In this document: in pieces, positions 1-11,947 of the stretch | How the letters are laid out: each line of letters opens with the position of its first letter | Numbering within the stretch: the stretch's first letter is position 1 | NCBI GenBank assembly: GCA_030390025.1 | Contig: CM059432.1 | Location: 63,986,001 to 64,050,000 of the forward strand | Source of the DNA: Squalus acanthias | Lineage: Eukaryota | Reading direction: 5' to 3' | DNA length: 64,000 bases | Program-made: the position numbers and the translations under genes | The notes under the pieces: model-generated | What the model saw: only the letters and a program-made list of their open reading frames with translations | Database searches by the model: none | What the model was told of the DNA's origin: nothing

Positions 1-162
1 TATTGATAGATTTTTGGACTCTAGGGGAATCAAGGGATATGGAGATCGGGCGGGAAAGTGGAGTTGAGGTCGATGATCAGCCATGATCTTATTGAAAGGC
101 GGAGCAGGCTCGAGGGGCCGTATGGCCTACTCCTGCTCTTATTTCTTATGTTCTTATGTTCT
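1..162 (+). mobile_element. CR1 LINE 3' end (ORF2 terminus, 3' UTR and tail)
   Basis: Encodes IDRFLDSRGIKGYG..., the CR1 ORF2 C-terminus, then a 3' UTR ending in (TTCTTATG)n. Near-identical to 8657-8921 (reverse) and 16820-17010. Confidence 0.9.
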
Positions 163-516
163 TTACCTGAATACTGGCCACTCGAGCACTCTCGTGTTCT
201 TTCTTGGATATCGGTAATATTTATAGTAGCTGATCTCAGGAAGACCAATTGAGAATGTCTGTTACAAAATGTGTGGAAATGTGTGAAATTTATAAATGGT
301 AATCAATAGTTGTTATAATTTTGTATAAGATTTATAATACAAATATATAAAAAAGACTATTTAATAATTTTAATTCATTTTTTGCAAAAATATTTTATTT
401 TACATTCATAGCCAAGGCTAGTAACACATACTAGCTCTTACTACACTAACCTAATTAAAAATAAATGCACCCACATGTATTAAAATGTATATTCTGCTAG
501 CTTATTTTATTTTTAG

Positions 517-557
517 GTAATAAGCATATTTTACTTTGTAGGAATATCCATTGGAAG
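517..557 (+). CDS. Candidate 41-nt host exon (VISIFYFVGISIG-R), unidentified membrane-protein-like
   Basis: Acceptor cttattttatttttAG, donor AAG|GTAAGA, open hydrophobic frame, phase 0 to 2. Frame-compatible with 17021-17063. No homology confirmed. Confidence 0.3.
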
Positions 558-574
558 GTAAGAAACTAAATTGA

Positions 575-1275
575 GTAGTGGAGCAAAGAGATCGGGGTAT
601 ACGGATGCATAAATCGTCAAAAGTCACAAGTTACTAAGGCCATGACATGAAGAGTGCAAACAATGTACTGGGGTTAATTTCCAGAGGAATAGAAAACAAA
701 AGCAGTAAGGTAATGTTGAGTTTATATAGAACCTTGGTTGGATCACACTTGGGGTACAATGTGCAGTTCTGGTCTCCATACTACAAGAAGGATATTGAAG
801 CCCTGGAGAAAGTGTAGAAAAGATTTACAAGGATGTTACCAGAATTGATTAGAAAAGCTTGAGCAGGCTGGGGCTCTTTTCTCTGAAATAAGACTAAGAG
901 GAAATCTGACAGAGGTTTTTAAAATGATGAAATGGTTTGATAGGGTGGATGTGGAAAAACTGTTTCCACTTGTGGGTGAGTCCAGAACACGGGGGCATAA
1001 ATATAAGATAGTCACTAACAGATCAAGTAAAGAATTTAGGAAGAATTTCTGTACACAGAAGAGTGGTGAGAATATGGAACTCACTGCCACATGGAGTAAT
1101 TGAAGAATCCAGCATGGATGTATTTAAGGGGAGGCTTGATGTATACATGAGGGAGAATGGAATATAGGGATATGGGCAGGGGACAATGTGGGGAAAGGTA
1201 ATTTGAGCAGGATAAGGCTCATGTAGAGCATAAATGACACAGACTTGTTGGCCTGAATTGCCGGTTTCTTAGATT
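575..1275 (+). mobile_element. Degraded CR1 LINE ORF2 3' fragment
   Basis: Remnants of EQRD-GV, VQFWSPYYKKDIEALEKV and RKNF-TQ motifs with stops and frameshifts. Confidence 0.85.
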
Positions 1276-1416
1276 CTACATAATTGAATAATTGAAATCA
1301 AACAGCAGGGCAGAGATACCTGCTTCATATAGACTTTAAAAGTATTTGGATGAAAATATTTATTTTAATGCAGTTATTGAAAGCTTAATGGAGGAGCCTG
1401 AAAACACAATCAGTTG

Positions 1417-2350
1417 CTCACTCACACAATCACCCATTCATTCACCCACACATTTATCCACTCAGACACTCGCAGAATCACTGTCATTCATACCCTCACT
1501 TGCGCAATTATTCATAGAACCACTCATTCATTTACTCACACAATCACTTACACACACAATCAGTACCACGCTCTCTCACTCACACATTTACTCACTTGCT
1601 CATACAATCACTTTCACTCACTCACTCACTCACTCACTCACTCACTCACTCACTCTCTAACTCACTCACTCACTCACTCACACACTCACTCTCTAACTCA
1701 CTCACACACTCACTCACTCACTCACTCACACACTCACTCACTCTCTAACTCACTCACACACTCACTCACTCACTCACTCACACATTTACTCACTTGCTCA
1801 TACAATCACTTTCACTCACTCACTCACTCACACACACTCTCTAACTTACTCACACACTCACTCACTCACTCTCTTACTCATTCACTCTCTCACTGTCTCA
1901 CTCACTCACTCTCTCACTCTCTCTCTCAGTCTCTCACTCACTCACTCTCTCACTCTCTCACTCTCTCTCTCAGTCTCTCACTCTCTCTCTCTCTCAGTCT
2001 CTCACTCTCTCACTCACTCACTCACTCACTCACTCTCTCTCTCACTCACTCACTCTCTCACTCACTCTCTCACTCTCTCACTCACTCTCTCACTCAGTCT
2101 CTCACTCAGTCTCTCACTCTCTCACTCTCTCACTCACTCACTCTCTCACTCACTCTCTCACTCTCTCACTCTCTCTCTCACTCACTCTCTCACTCTCTCA
2201 CTCTCTCACTCACTCTCTAACACACTCACTCTCTAATTCACACATACAATTACTTTTACTCACACAACTACTTACTCATTCACACAATCGCTCTGTCTCT
2301 CTCACGCACATTCATTCTATCACACATTAATTCACTCCGATGCACACACG
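1417..2350. repeat. Compound microsatellite (TCAC)n/(TC)n
   Basis: Long run of CACT/CTCA tetramers grading into TC-rich variants, with degenerate edges. Confidence 0.95.
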
Positions 2351-2429
2351 CATACAGTGTGCAATTGGTTACTGCTGCCTGTCTTCTCTTGCCTGCCTCA
2401 TCTCAGAGTGAAGTTATTTTGCTGTGTAT

Positions 2430-2800
2430 TTTTCATGGGGAAATAGAAGAATTGAGCATTTGTGCAAACAAGGCATCTGTGACCTGCATGATGCAACTGT
2501 TCATTGGAGATTGGGCGATTTGGCGGACTTCTGCTGTTGCTTGGCAGGACTCTGTAAAGTCAGAGCTCAAGGGAACGGGTGCCTTGACAACAATTCTCTA
2601 GTGGTTGCAGCATTGTGCATAGTTATGTGATGGCTTCCTTGAGGAATCATCATCTCTGCATAAATCACATAGGGGCAAATCCTACAAAGCGCAGAGTGCC
2701 AACATGCCTGTCTGACCGGCCTCCTTTGATTCTCCTCCTCCAAAACCTGTAAATACTGAGGAACATCCAGAGCAATACATTTATAGGCAGCATAATCTGA
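2430..2800 (-). pseudogene. Ancient Harbinger (HARBI1-like) transposase remnant
   Basis: Minus strand reads ...APVPL...IAQSPMNSCIMQVTDALFAQ, resembling the ISQS-xH-CI-QVTDALFAR segment of HARBI1-like nucleases; many stops. Confidence 0.55.
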
Positions 2801-3069
2801 AATATCATTTGGAAAACAGGCTGAATCAGCAGATGCAGTACAGTTGTAAGAAGCTAGTTCTACAGATTTAAGGATCTTTGTACCCAAGCACAGAAATAAA
2901 CAAGGCGACAGCCACCAGGTACCGTCTGTTGCTGCAAAAAGCAGTATTACAGGAGGAAAAGATAATGAATGGATAATGGCAGCAATTTAAAGTAAGAGCC
3001 CAGTTTTAAGAACTCTTAAACATTACTGAAGGGGCCTACTTTGTAGTGCCAGTTTGACACAGACCCTGT

Positions 3070-4792
3070 GGCCGGAATTTTGCCGGCGTTCAGAGTGAGG
3101 GTTTGGAGGCGGGTCCGCTATCAAAGTCACAAAGATTGACAGCGGGTCGGTATTCCGCTGTAAACCCACCTCCTTGTCAGTTTCCCAAGGTTTGGGTCTG
3201 CCATCCCTGAACAGACCCGACACCAAGTGGCAGGTCAGCTAATTTAGATACTTAAAAGCTTGTTAAAAGGTAGTTAAGAACCATTTTCCCATGTACTTAC
3301 CATTTTACCAGGTTTTTAACGAGGTTCCCGGAGAGCAGGTATCATGTCAGGTAAGTATGTCGGGTGTTGTGTCAGCATGGAATAATTTACTAACCTGACA
3401 GCTGCAAATGTTCTATGAAGGCTCACATTTCATAGGTCTTCACTTTCCAAGGTTAGAAGCTTTGCTTACTGCATTTGGAAGACAGACTGAGCTTTATGCA
3501 GGTTGCAAGTGTTTGGAGCAAACTCTCTATCCAATGTCACCTCATTGGAACAACCTTTCACCATTGACAGATCGCTTCTGTCATCTCAACCTCACATGCC
3601 ATCTATTCCATCAGCATCGGTGCCCTTGAAAAAATCTCACCTTGGTCCTCAGAATCCCACCACGATCAGCCCCAACACCAGCAGCACCAGGCACACCAGC
3701 AGCACCAACAACAACACCAACTTTCTCCGCAATCAACTGATGCTGCACAGGACACAGGGCATCAGCACCCGACCACATTGCTGCCCGAGACGCCAGCGAT
3801 GGCCTCACCATGTCCAGATTTACTTTACTTAATACTCTGGCTGCCACATGATGCACTAAGTTGGCACCACCCCACACCAACACCATAAAGCATCCCTACA
3901 ATGTCCAAGCCATTCCTTTCACACTCAATGTCTCACCATTCATTGGAACTCACTAAGACACTTTCAAAGGTGCACACAAATCTGTCCAAGAAAGCAAAGT
4001 GTTGAAAATAAACATTTCAATGCTTGACAGCACATTAACAGAAACTTCACACGAACATTAGCTAAAGCATACAAGTGCCTACACTTATGTGTTAGTTTGA
4101 ATGATTGGACAAGGATGAGGGCGAGTGTGAGGGGCGGCGAGTGAGATGGGGAAGTGATAACGTAGATAGAGAGGGATGGGTGGAGGTGTAAGGTAAGTTG
4201 GTGTGAGTAAGGATGTGCAGGAGTAGGATAGGAAAGGCAGAGTGATGGGGATGTGATGAGTGGCACAGGAGGATGAGGTTGAGTGTGGCTTTCCAGTAAC
4301 GTTTCGTGATCTACTGAGATCATTGAAAGGTTTGCGCCACTGCAGCCAGGTCATCCTGACAACATCCCTGCTTGTGTCCTCCTGTGCAATGTGTAACCAG
4401 GCTGCATTTGTCTCCTGGGGAGGTGTCTTCCACCCATGGGAAGGGAAGAGAACCTCCCTGCGAGGGAGTAATGGGGGAGCCTGGGTGCAGCCGTGCACCT
4501 TTGTGCAGTGCTTGTCAGTGTTTGCAGCACCTCAATGCTGTAGAACACTGACAGCACTACTGTCAAAATGAATGTGGACATAGTCCCTTTAAGGAAACTG
4601 GCTGATGACGTGTCATCAAATGACATCATCAGACCCGCTTCCTATTAATTGGCCGGGAATCTCGCAGGGTGGGCTTTCCAAGCCTGATCAACGGAAAATC
4701 TTGTTGGAGGCCGGGATCAAGACAGATGCGGGGTTCCCACACACCATGGACGTCGCCCGCCCCGGACCTGCCGAGGTTGGAAAAATCCAGTC
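3070..4792 (-). mobile_element. Non-autonomous PIF/Harbinger element with Myb/SANT remnant
   Basis: Imperfect TIRs GGCCGGAATTTT / AAAAATCCAGTC. Minus strand 4300-4500 encodes RREVLFPS...AAWLHIAQE...TWLQWRKPFNDL. Internally similar to 8390-10231 and 52243-53760. TSD not resolved. Confidence 0.85.
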
Positions 4793-5049
4793 ATGAACTT
4801 CTGTAGCACTCCTCAGGCACAATAGCTGGTTTATGAAGCTTTCATTAATTTGAATGGTTAATTCATATTTTTGCTCTGTAGGGATATATACAGTGATCTC
4901 CCCCAAGGGTTAGTGTTGGGATTTTTACACTTCTCAAGATATAAAAATGATCTTAGGGACCAAGGGCACAATATCAAAATAGGGACTACAACTATAGGGA
5001 CTATTGTTAACTTTGAAGAGAACTGTAAGCGACTTCAAGAGGACATAGG

Positions 5050-5400
5050 CAACAATGACAACTTACATTTATATAGCACCTTTAATGTAATAAAACGTCC
5101 CAAGGCGCTTCACAGGAGTGTTATCAGAAAACAAAATTTGACACCGAGCCAAATAAGGAGATGTTAGGGCAGATGACCAAAAGCTTGGACAAAGAGGTAG
5201 ATTTTAAGGAGCATCTTAAAGGAGGAGAGAGAAGTAGAGAGCCGGAGAGATTTAGGGAGGGAATTCCAGAGCTTAGGACCTAGGCAGCTAAAGGCACGGC
5301 CGCCAATGGTGGAGCATTTAAAATCGGGGATATTCAAGAGGCCAGAATTGATGGAGCGCAGAGATCTCTGGGGTTTATAGGGCTGGAGGAGATTACAGAT
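5050..5400 (-). mobile_element. L2 LINE 3' fragment
   Basis: Minus strand RSLRS..SGLL...[17 protein letters not shown]...FK..LK, plus the L2-type 3' UTR and (TTG)n-like tail. Confidence 0.85.
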
Positions 5401-5500
5401 TAGTAGATTGGGCAGATCGGTGTCAGATGAATTTAATGTGAAGAAATGTGAGGTAATGCATTTTGGGAAAAAGAATGAGGACATATACATTAAACACTAA

Positions 5501-6457
5501 GGGCTGGATTTTGTCAATGGGAAGCTTTTGGAGGCGGGACTGCTGCTTGCCGGCTTTCAATCCCACCTCCATCAGCTTCTGGCCAACCAGCGGGATTTTC
5601 CCCTGATTGACCTTGTTAAGCCCGCCCAGTGGGCTCAGCAGGCCAATTAGGGGGAAGTCACTGACAGAGCACGTCAACATCTGATGTGCCATCTGTCAAG
5701 ATTTCTTGAAAGAAGAAATGTCAGTGTTTGACAGCTCTGTGAAGCTGTCAAGCACTGACATTCTGTGTAGTTTGATGAGTCCTTGTGTTCAGGACTCATC
5801 AAACCTTTCTACTTTGCAGAAATCTCCTGGCTGTTGATTTGGAGGATCCAACAGCCAGTCTGTGAAATCTACAATGAAGATGTCGGGACTCCGGATCCAC
5901 AGCGGCTGACGGCTGTAGGCAGAAACAAAGGTAAGTGAACATTTTATAACACTTAACACTCAGCTTACATACTTAAGCTGAACCCCTAAGTCTACTATAT
6001 CTTTCAAAGTTTTAGGGCTGGATTTTGTCAGCCCCGGGGAGGCGGGAATGGAGGCAGGACTGCCGGTAAAGTTGCAGGAATTGGGGGCGGCTGGCCCAAA
6101 CACTCCACACTTGCACCCATCAGTCACCTCTACATCTCACTTTCAGACCCCTCCCACCCCTACAGATCTCCTTCTCGTCTCCTACACCCTGGCGGGGTTC
6201 TCCGAGGTCGGGAAGCCTGCACTTCGGAGCTAAAAACAGGGATAATCCTATTTTCTGCCTGTTAACTACCTGTTAACAGGCAGTTAATAGGTTTTAATCC
6301 CTTTCCTGCCTCGAGGAGACGGGACCCGGGGCAGGACGGCTTCCCCCCTCCTGGCAAGAGAGCACGGAGGCGGGTTGGGGGCAGGTTTGCCAGCCGCCCC
6401 CAAATCCTGCAACTTTACCGGCAGTCCCGCCTCCCCGGAGCTGACAAAATCCAGCCC
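5501..6457. mobile_element. Harbinger-type MITE, TSD TAA, with internal foldback duplication
   Basis: TIR GGGCTGGATTTTGTCA at both ends. TAA at 5498-5500 and 6458-6460. Excision restores the CR1 sequence. Related to 38215-39059 and 59630-60460. Confidence 0.9.
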
Positions 6458-6553
6458 TAAAACTTTGAAAGATATAGTAGACTTAGGGGTTCAGAGATAC
6501 AAATCTTTAAAAGTGGGAGAACACGTTGATAAAGTTGTTAAAAAAAATATATG

Positions 6554-7248
6554 GGCCTGTAATTTCCGATAGGAGGCTTCCTATGTGCAGATGCCTCCTA
6601 TCGGAAAAAAATCTACGCTCTTACCTGAGGCCTCTCCACAGTCGAAATGCGCAGGGCCCATGTATCCAGGGGCGCAGGCAGTTCGCAAGCGTCCCTGGGA
6701 TCATGTGGGCCAGACCAGCCAGTAGGAGAAGGGAATCTCCCTTCATACTTTTGACAGATAGACTCGTCAAATATATGAATGGAGATCACCCCAAAAGCAC
6801 ATCAAAATATTAAATAAATTTTTTAAAAACCATCACGTTTTTAAAATGAGTTAAAATTACATTAAATTAAATATTTCAAACAAAAACGGGGCTAAAAATA
6901 AACTTACCTTTTTTAAAAGTATTTTAAAATTATAAATGAGTGAAAAATTATTTTTTAAAAACTTTTTTTCAACTCTTATGCTGGTAAAAGCAGGCCTTAT
7001 GCCTGCTTTTACCAGGCGTAAGATTTTGAAGTGTTTTCAGCGGACGGAGGTTCTGCAGAAAGCGGAACTCTCCACCCGCAGAGGCCCTTCTCCAGGGCAG
7101 GCGTCCGATCTGTCAAGAGCATTCTTGACAGATTGGAAATGCCGGTTTTCAGCGCATGTGCTTCGCATGCTTGAAACTGACATTTCCGACGTCCCTACGG
7201 GTGTGTACACAGTCCGTACATACCCGTAGGCATCGGAAAATACGAGCC
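6554..7248. mobile_element. Harbinger-type MITE, TSD ATG
   Basis: TIRs GGCCTGTAATTTCCGAT / ATCGGAAAATACGAGCC; ATG on both flanks. Same family as 18056-18811 and 53990-54734. Confidence 0.85.
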
Positions 7249-8389
7249 ATGGAATCCTAGGTTTTATAGATAGGAGTATAGAATATAAGTGGTAATGCTA
7301 AACATATACAAATCATTGGTTAGGGCACAGTTAGAATGTTATGTCCGTCTTGGGTACCTTCATTTAGGAAGGTTGTGATGATATCAAGGATGAGAGGCTG
7401 TATAATAAAAAACTAATGAAACTGGGCTTCTTTTTACTGGAAAACAGATGGTTATGAGGAGAACTAATAGAGCTGTTTAAAATTATTTGAGGTTTTGATA
7501 TGGTAAATCAGGAAAGAATATTTTCACTGGCTAGTAGGTTGGTAATAAGAGGGCACAAATTTAAGATAATCACCAAACAAATGAAAGGAGTGGTTAGGAG
7601 ATTTTTTTGTTTTACACAGATGGTTGTTAGATGGAATGCCCTACTAGAAATAACGGCAGAAGCAGAATCCTTAATAGCTTTTAGAAGGGAAGTGGATAAG
7701 TATTTGAAATTTGAAAAGTTTAAAAAAAAATGGATTTTGGAAAAGGGCAAAGGACGAGGTCTAAAGGGATATCTCTTTCAAAGAGCTGAAACAGGTGCAA
7801 ATGACCTTGTTCTGTACAGTAAAATTCTATGATTCCATAAAATAACACTGGGGCCTTTACTGAGCCTTGCACAGATTTTGTGAGCACATTTTATCTACTC
7901 AAGGCACTTCTAGCCTTTACAGTCTGGAGCACTGCCTGATAATATGGACACCAGTGCCTGAGGGTCAGTAGTGCTACAGCAGCACAGATTGTGTTTTTGG
8001 CCCCATGGTTAACAGTATTTTGTTTTTGCTTCATCTACTCGTAAACAACTTGGATGGACAAGCTGATGTTCACCGCCTGCAATTTAGTGCAAAATAGTCT
8101 GGGGGAGGCACAATGCAGTAGATTTTCTTTCTTCTGTAACTGACATCACTGTAAGTCAACAGATAATAATGAAATATTATTTCAGCATTCAATTATATTT
8201 AGGAACAATTTTTCCTCGTGATCAAAGTGAGAAAAGTTGGTGTAATTTGTGAATAAATGTGTCAGAAATGATGCAGAGAAAAATGTGAGCAAAGTCCTTC
8301 AATCTAGATGAAACCATAAGCTTACATCAGTAATTCAAATCGAGACATTACACGTGCACCGCCTCAGATTTAGATGCAGTAGAGATGAA

Positions 8390-10231
8390 GGCCGCAAATT
8401 TAATTCTGGAGGCGGGATGGGGCGGGGCAGCTGGTTTCCGGGTTCCGGTCCGCTCTGCAGACGTGATTTTCCCTTGATTGGCCTTGTTAAGCCCGCCCTG
8501 CGAGCTTAACGGCCAATTAACAGGAAGCGGATCTGATGACATCATTTGATGACGCGTCATCTGCTGGTTTCCTTAAAGGGACCATGCACAATTTTATTTT
8601 GACAGTTCATCTGACAGTGTTTGACAGCATTGAGGTGCTGCAAACACTGACAATCACATAAGAAAATAAGAAATAAGAGCAGGAGTAGGCCATACGGCCC
8701 CTCGAGCCTGCTCCGCATTGCAATAAGATGGTTGATCATCGACTTCAACTCCACTTTCCCGCCCGATCTCCATATCCCTTGAGTCCCCTAGAGTCCAAAA
8801 ATCTATCTATCTCAGCCTTGAATATACTCAAAGACTCAGCATTCACAACCCTCTGAGTGAAGAAATTTCTCCTGATCTCAGTCTTAAATGGCCTACCCCT
8901 TATCCTGAGACTATGCCCCCTGCACTGCACAAAGGTGAAGACTTGAACCCAGGCTCTCCAATGACTCTATCCATATGCTTATGGAGGGAGTCACAGCACG
9001 CAGGGAGGTCTTCTTCCCTTCCAAGGGCGGAAGAGACCTCCCCAGGACACCAACTTACCTTGAACCTCCACCCAACCCTCTCTATCTACTTTATCACTTT
9101 CCCATCTCACTAAGCCACTCCTCACACTCACCCTCATCCTACTGCAAGCATACCAACTAACAACACACAAGGGTAGGCACTTGAAAGGTTTAGCCAATGT
9201 CCATGTGAAGTTTCTGGTAATGTGTTGGCATACAGTGTAATATCTTTTTCCAAAAGTGCCCCTTATTGGACAGATCTGAGCGCACATTGAGAAGTGTCTT
9301 ACTGAGTTCCAGTGATTGTTCAGTCATAACTCCCCCCCCTCCGCCCCCCCCCCCCCCCCACTACAGTGATGTGTGTGCATGGAATGGCTTGGATATTAAA
9401 GGGATGCTTCACGGTGCTGGTGTGGGATGGTGTCAACCTGACGCATCATGTGGCAGCCAGGGTTTACAGCATCAAGTGAAGAAAATCTGGCCATGGTGAT
9501 GCCATCGCTGATTTCCCGGCCAGCAATTTTGTCAGGGGCTGATGCCCTGTGTCCAGTGCAGCATCAGGTGGGTGAGGAGGAGGTTGGTGCTCCTGGTGCT
9601 GGTGCTGCTGTTGTGGCTGGTTGTGGTGCTGTTGTGGCTGGTTGTGGTGCTGTCACCGCTGCTCTTCCTCCGAATCTGCCAACCAGGATGAGAGGATGTA
9701 AATGGCTCCCATCCCGTTGCTATAGATTTCAGTTGAGGCAAGAAGCTTGCAAGCGCAAACTCAAAGTGGCCTGAAATTATTCCAATCAGGTCACACTGCA
9801 GATGTGTGTCAGCTTGAACAGTCACAAGGTAGGTAGATTTGCAAAATCTTATCCCAAACCTCCAAAAGCAAATTTGTTGCTTTGAATGTCAGCCATGTTA
9901 CAGGAGTGCTTTTAAAGTGCTGCACCAATGGCAACAAATCATGTCCTCGAGAAGCTCGTCTCCTTGCAGCTGGCATGTTTCTGACAAGAGGCACGAAAAT
10001 GGGAAACCACTATAAAAATAGGATTAGCAAGGCTGTTAACAGGCTGTTACCTGCCTTAACACTTGTCCCACCGATTCCCATCGGGTCAGTTTGGGAGCGG
10101 CTGACCCGACACTCACGAAAATCGCGTGGAGGCGGGATGGAGGCGGGTTGGGTGTCTGAAGCCATTTTTACCGATTTTTGCTGCCGACCCACCTCCAAAC
10201 CCGCCTCCTCAGGGCTATTAAAATTGAGCCC
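8390..10231 (+). mobile_element. Non-autonomous Harbinger element (Myb and transposase N-terminal remnants), containing a CR1 insertion
   Basis: TIRs GGCCGCAAATTTAAT / ATTAAAATTGAGCCC, flanks GAA/GTA. LMEGVTARREVFFPS on plus; Q/H-rich N-terminal remnant on minus at 9540-9712. Confidence 0.85.
8657..8921 (-). mobile_element. CR1 LINE 3' fragment nested in Harbinger
   Basis: RGHSLRIRGRPFKTEIRRNFFTQRVV...GYGDRAGKWS and CR1 3' UTR. Confidence 0.9.
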
Positions 10232-10258
10232 GTAATGTATGCAACTTTAAAGACACGT

Positions 10259-10928
10259 GGGGGAATTTTAACAAACCTGCCCTTGGCAACCAGCAGGGCA
10301 ATTAAAATGGACTGGGACATTTACCCATTCGTCTCCCACCCCAACTGCAATTTTACAGGAACCAAGGACATCCGCCGGAAGATGGCAGAGTCCTTCTTTA
10401 CATATGCACGTTGGGTCCCGATGACATCATCGGGATTCGACTGCCATTTTAACTTTAGCTTGAACAGGGAAGCAACTGCAGCTTTCCTGACAGGCAGAAG
10501 CGTGTGGGAGGAGTATCAGCTGAAGAAGAGGCCCCTCCAGCTAAGTTTATTTCTTTCCCTTGCGGCGTCAGGAGGAGCGGGAGTATCCTTCTGAGACTAA
10601 CAAGGAATATGCAAGCCTCCCTGTCTGAATTCCCCCCACCCCTTCCCAAAGTGCAGACTGCTCCGGGACCTCCATTCCCCTCCTCCCGCTGCACCCCACC
10701 CCCGATTCCCGCACAGACTTTGGGCCAAGCCGACGGCCTCCAAGGTGCCTGGTTTTATAGAATGGGCAGCCGCTTCTCGAGAACTTCCTGGTTGTTTTGA
10801 GTGGGAAGTCCGGCTGTAACATGTTAATGAGACATGGCCATTAAATTTGGCTAGCCCTCACACTGCCACTCCCAGATGGGATGACCTCTCGCCAGGCCAC
10901 TTTCCTGCCTGAGAGTTAAAATTTCCCC
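10259..10928. mobile_element. Harbinger-type MITE
   Basis: TIRs GGGGGAATTTTAAC / GTTAAAATTTCCCC; flanks CGT/CAT, consistent with a TSD altered by CpG decay. Confidence 0.75.
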
Positions 10929-11072
10929 CATGTGGTTTTATTATAATTTTCATACAATGAATATTCCTGCAGTATTTTTATATGTTTATAATGCTATAGT
11001 AGTAATTCTCTTAAAATTTCATCAATGTTCTTTTATGCATTTTAATGAGCATTTATTCTAGTTGTGCATATT

Positions 11073-11597
11073 TCTACAAGGCACAAGTAAGGAGTGTGAT
11101 GGAATACTCTCCACTTGCCTGGATGAGTGCAGCTCCAACAACACTCAAGAAGCTCAACACCATTCAGGACAAAGCAGCCCGCTTGATTGGCACCCCATCC
11201 ACCACCTTAAACATTCACTCCCTCCACCACCAGCGCACCGTGGCTGCAGTGTGTACCATCTACAAGATGCACTGCAGCAACTCGCCAAGGTTTCTTCAGC
11301 AGCACCTCCCAAACCCGCAACCTCTACCACCTAGAAGGACGAGGGCAGCAGGCACATGGGAACACCATCACCTCCAATTTCCCCTCCAAGTCACACACCA
11401 TCCCGACTTGGAAATATATTGCCGTTCCTTCATCGTCGCTGGGTCAAAATCCTGGAACTCCCTCCCTAACAGCACTGTGGGAGTACCTTCACTACACGGA
11501 CTGCAGCGGTTCAAGAAGGCAGCTCAAGGGCAATTAGGGATGGGCAATAAATGCTGCCGTTGCCAGCGATACCCACATCACAGGGACAAACAAAAAA
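11073..11597 (+). mobile_element. 3' fragment of the LINE family seen full length at 43826-47076
   Basis: YKAQVRSVMEYSPLAWMSAAPTTLKKL... and tail GGGCAATTAGGGATGGGCAATAAATG. Confidence 0.9.
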
Positions 11598-11947
11598 GAA
11601 CTTACCAAAATGCAAATGAGACAGGAGAAATTATAATGAGGAATAAGGAAATGGCTGAGAAATTAAACAAATACTTTGGCCGTGATTGTACCCTCAGCGG
11701 TGGGTTGGAGTCGGGTTGGCTGTTTGAGGTTTCCGGTCCTGCTGCCAGTTTAATCCGCTCTGAAATAACGATTTTCCCTTAAGTGGGCTGATTAAGCCCG
11801 TTGTGCGCGATACCCGGCCCAATCAGTGGGTTCGGGTCTGCTGCTCGCCTCTGCTGACGTCTTCCATTCAGCTGCATTTAAGGGGCACATGCAGCCTTGT
11901 TGTTTTTCATTCCTATTCTGATGCTTCTCAGTGTGGCACATAACAAA

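Larger units (their letters stand above)
4890..7835 (+). mobile_element. Old CR1 ORF2 fragment interrupted by three younger insertions
   Basis: Pieces 4890-5049, 5401-5500, 6458-6553 and 7249-7835 join into PQG-VLG...LQEDI|...KCEVMHFG...|TLKDIVDLGVQ...VVKK|YGILGFI...3' end. Confidence 0.85.

Noticed and set aside
167..258. Minus-strand 92-nt exon candidate (ttttgtaacAG...CAG|GTAAAG) with two open frames
   Set aside because: The donor overlaps the CR1 tail junction, no partner minus-strand exons were found, and the peptide is not recognisable.
1414..2220. 268-aa THSL-repeat ORF
   Set aside because: Translation artefact of the (TCAC)n microsatellite.
11045..11782. 245-aa ORF
   Set aside because: Chance read-through across LINE, CR1 and Harbinger fragments.
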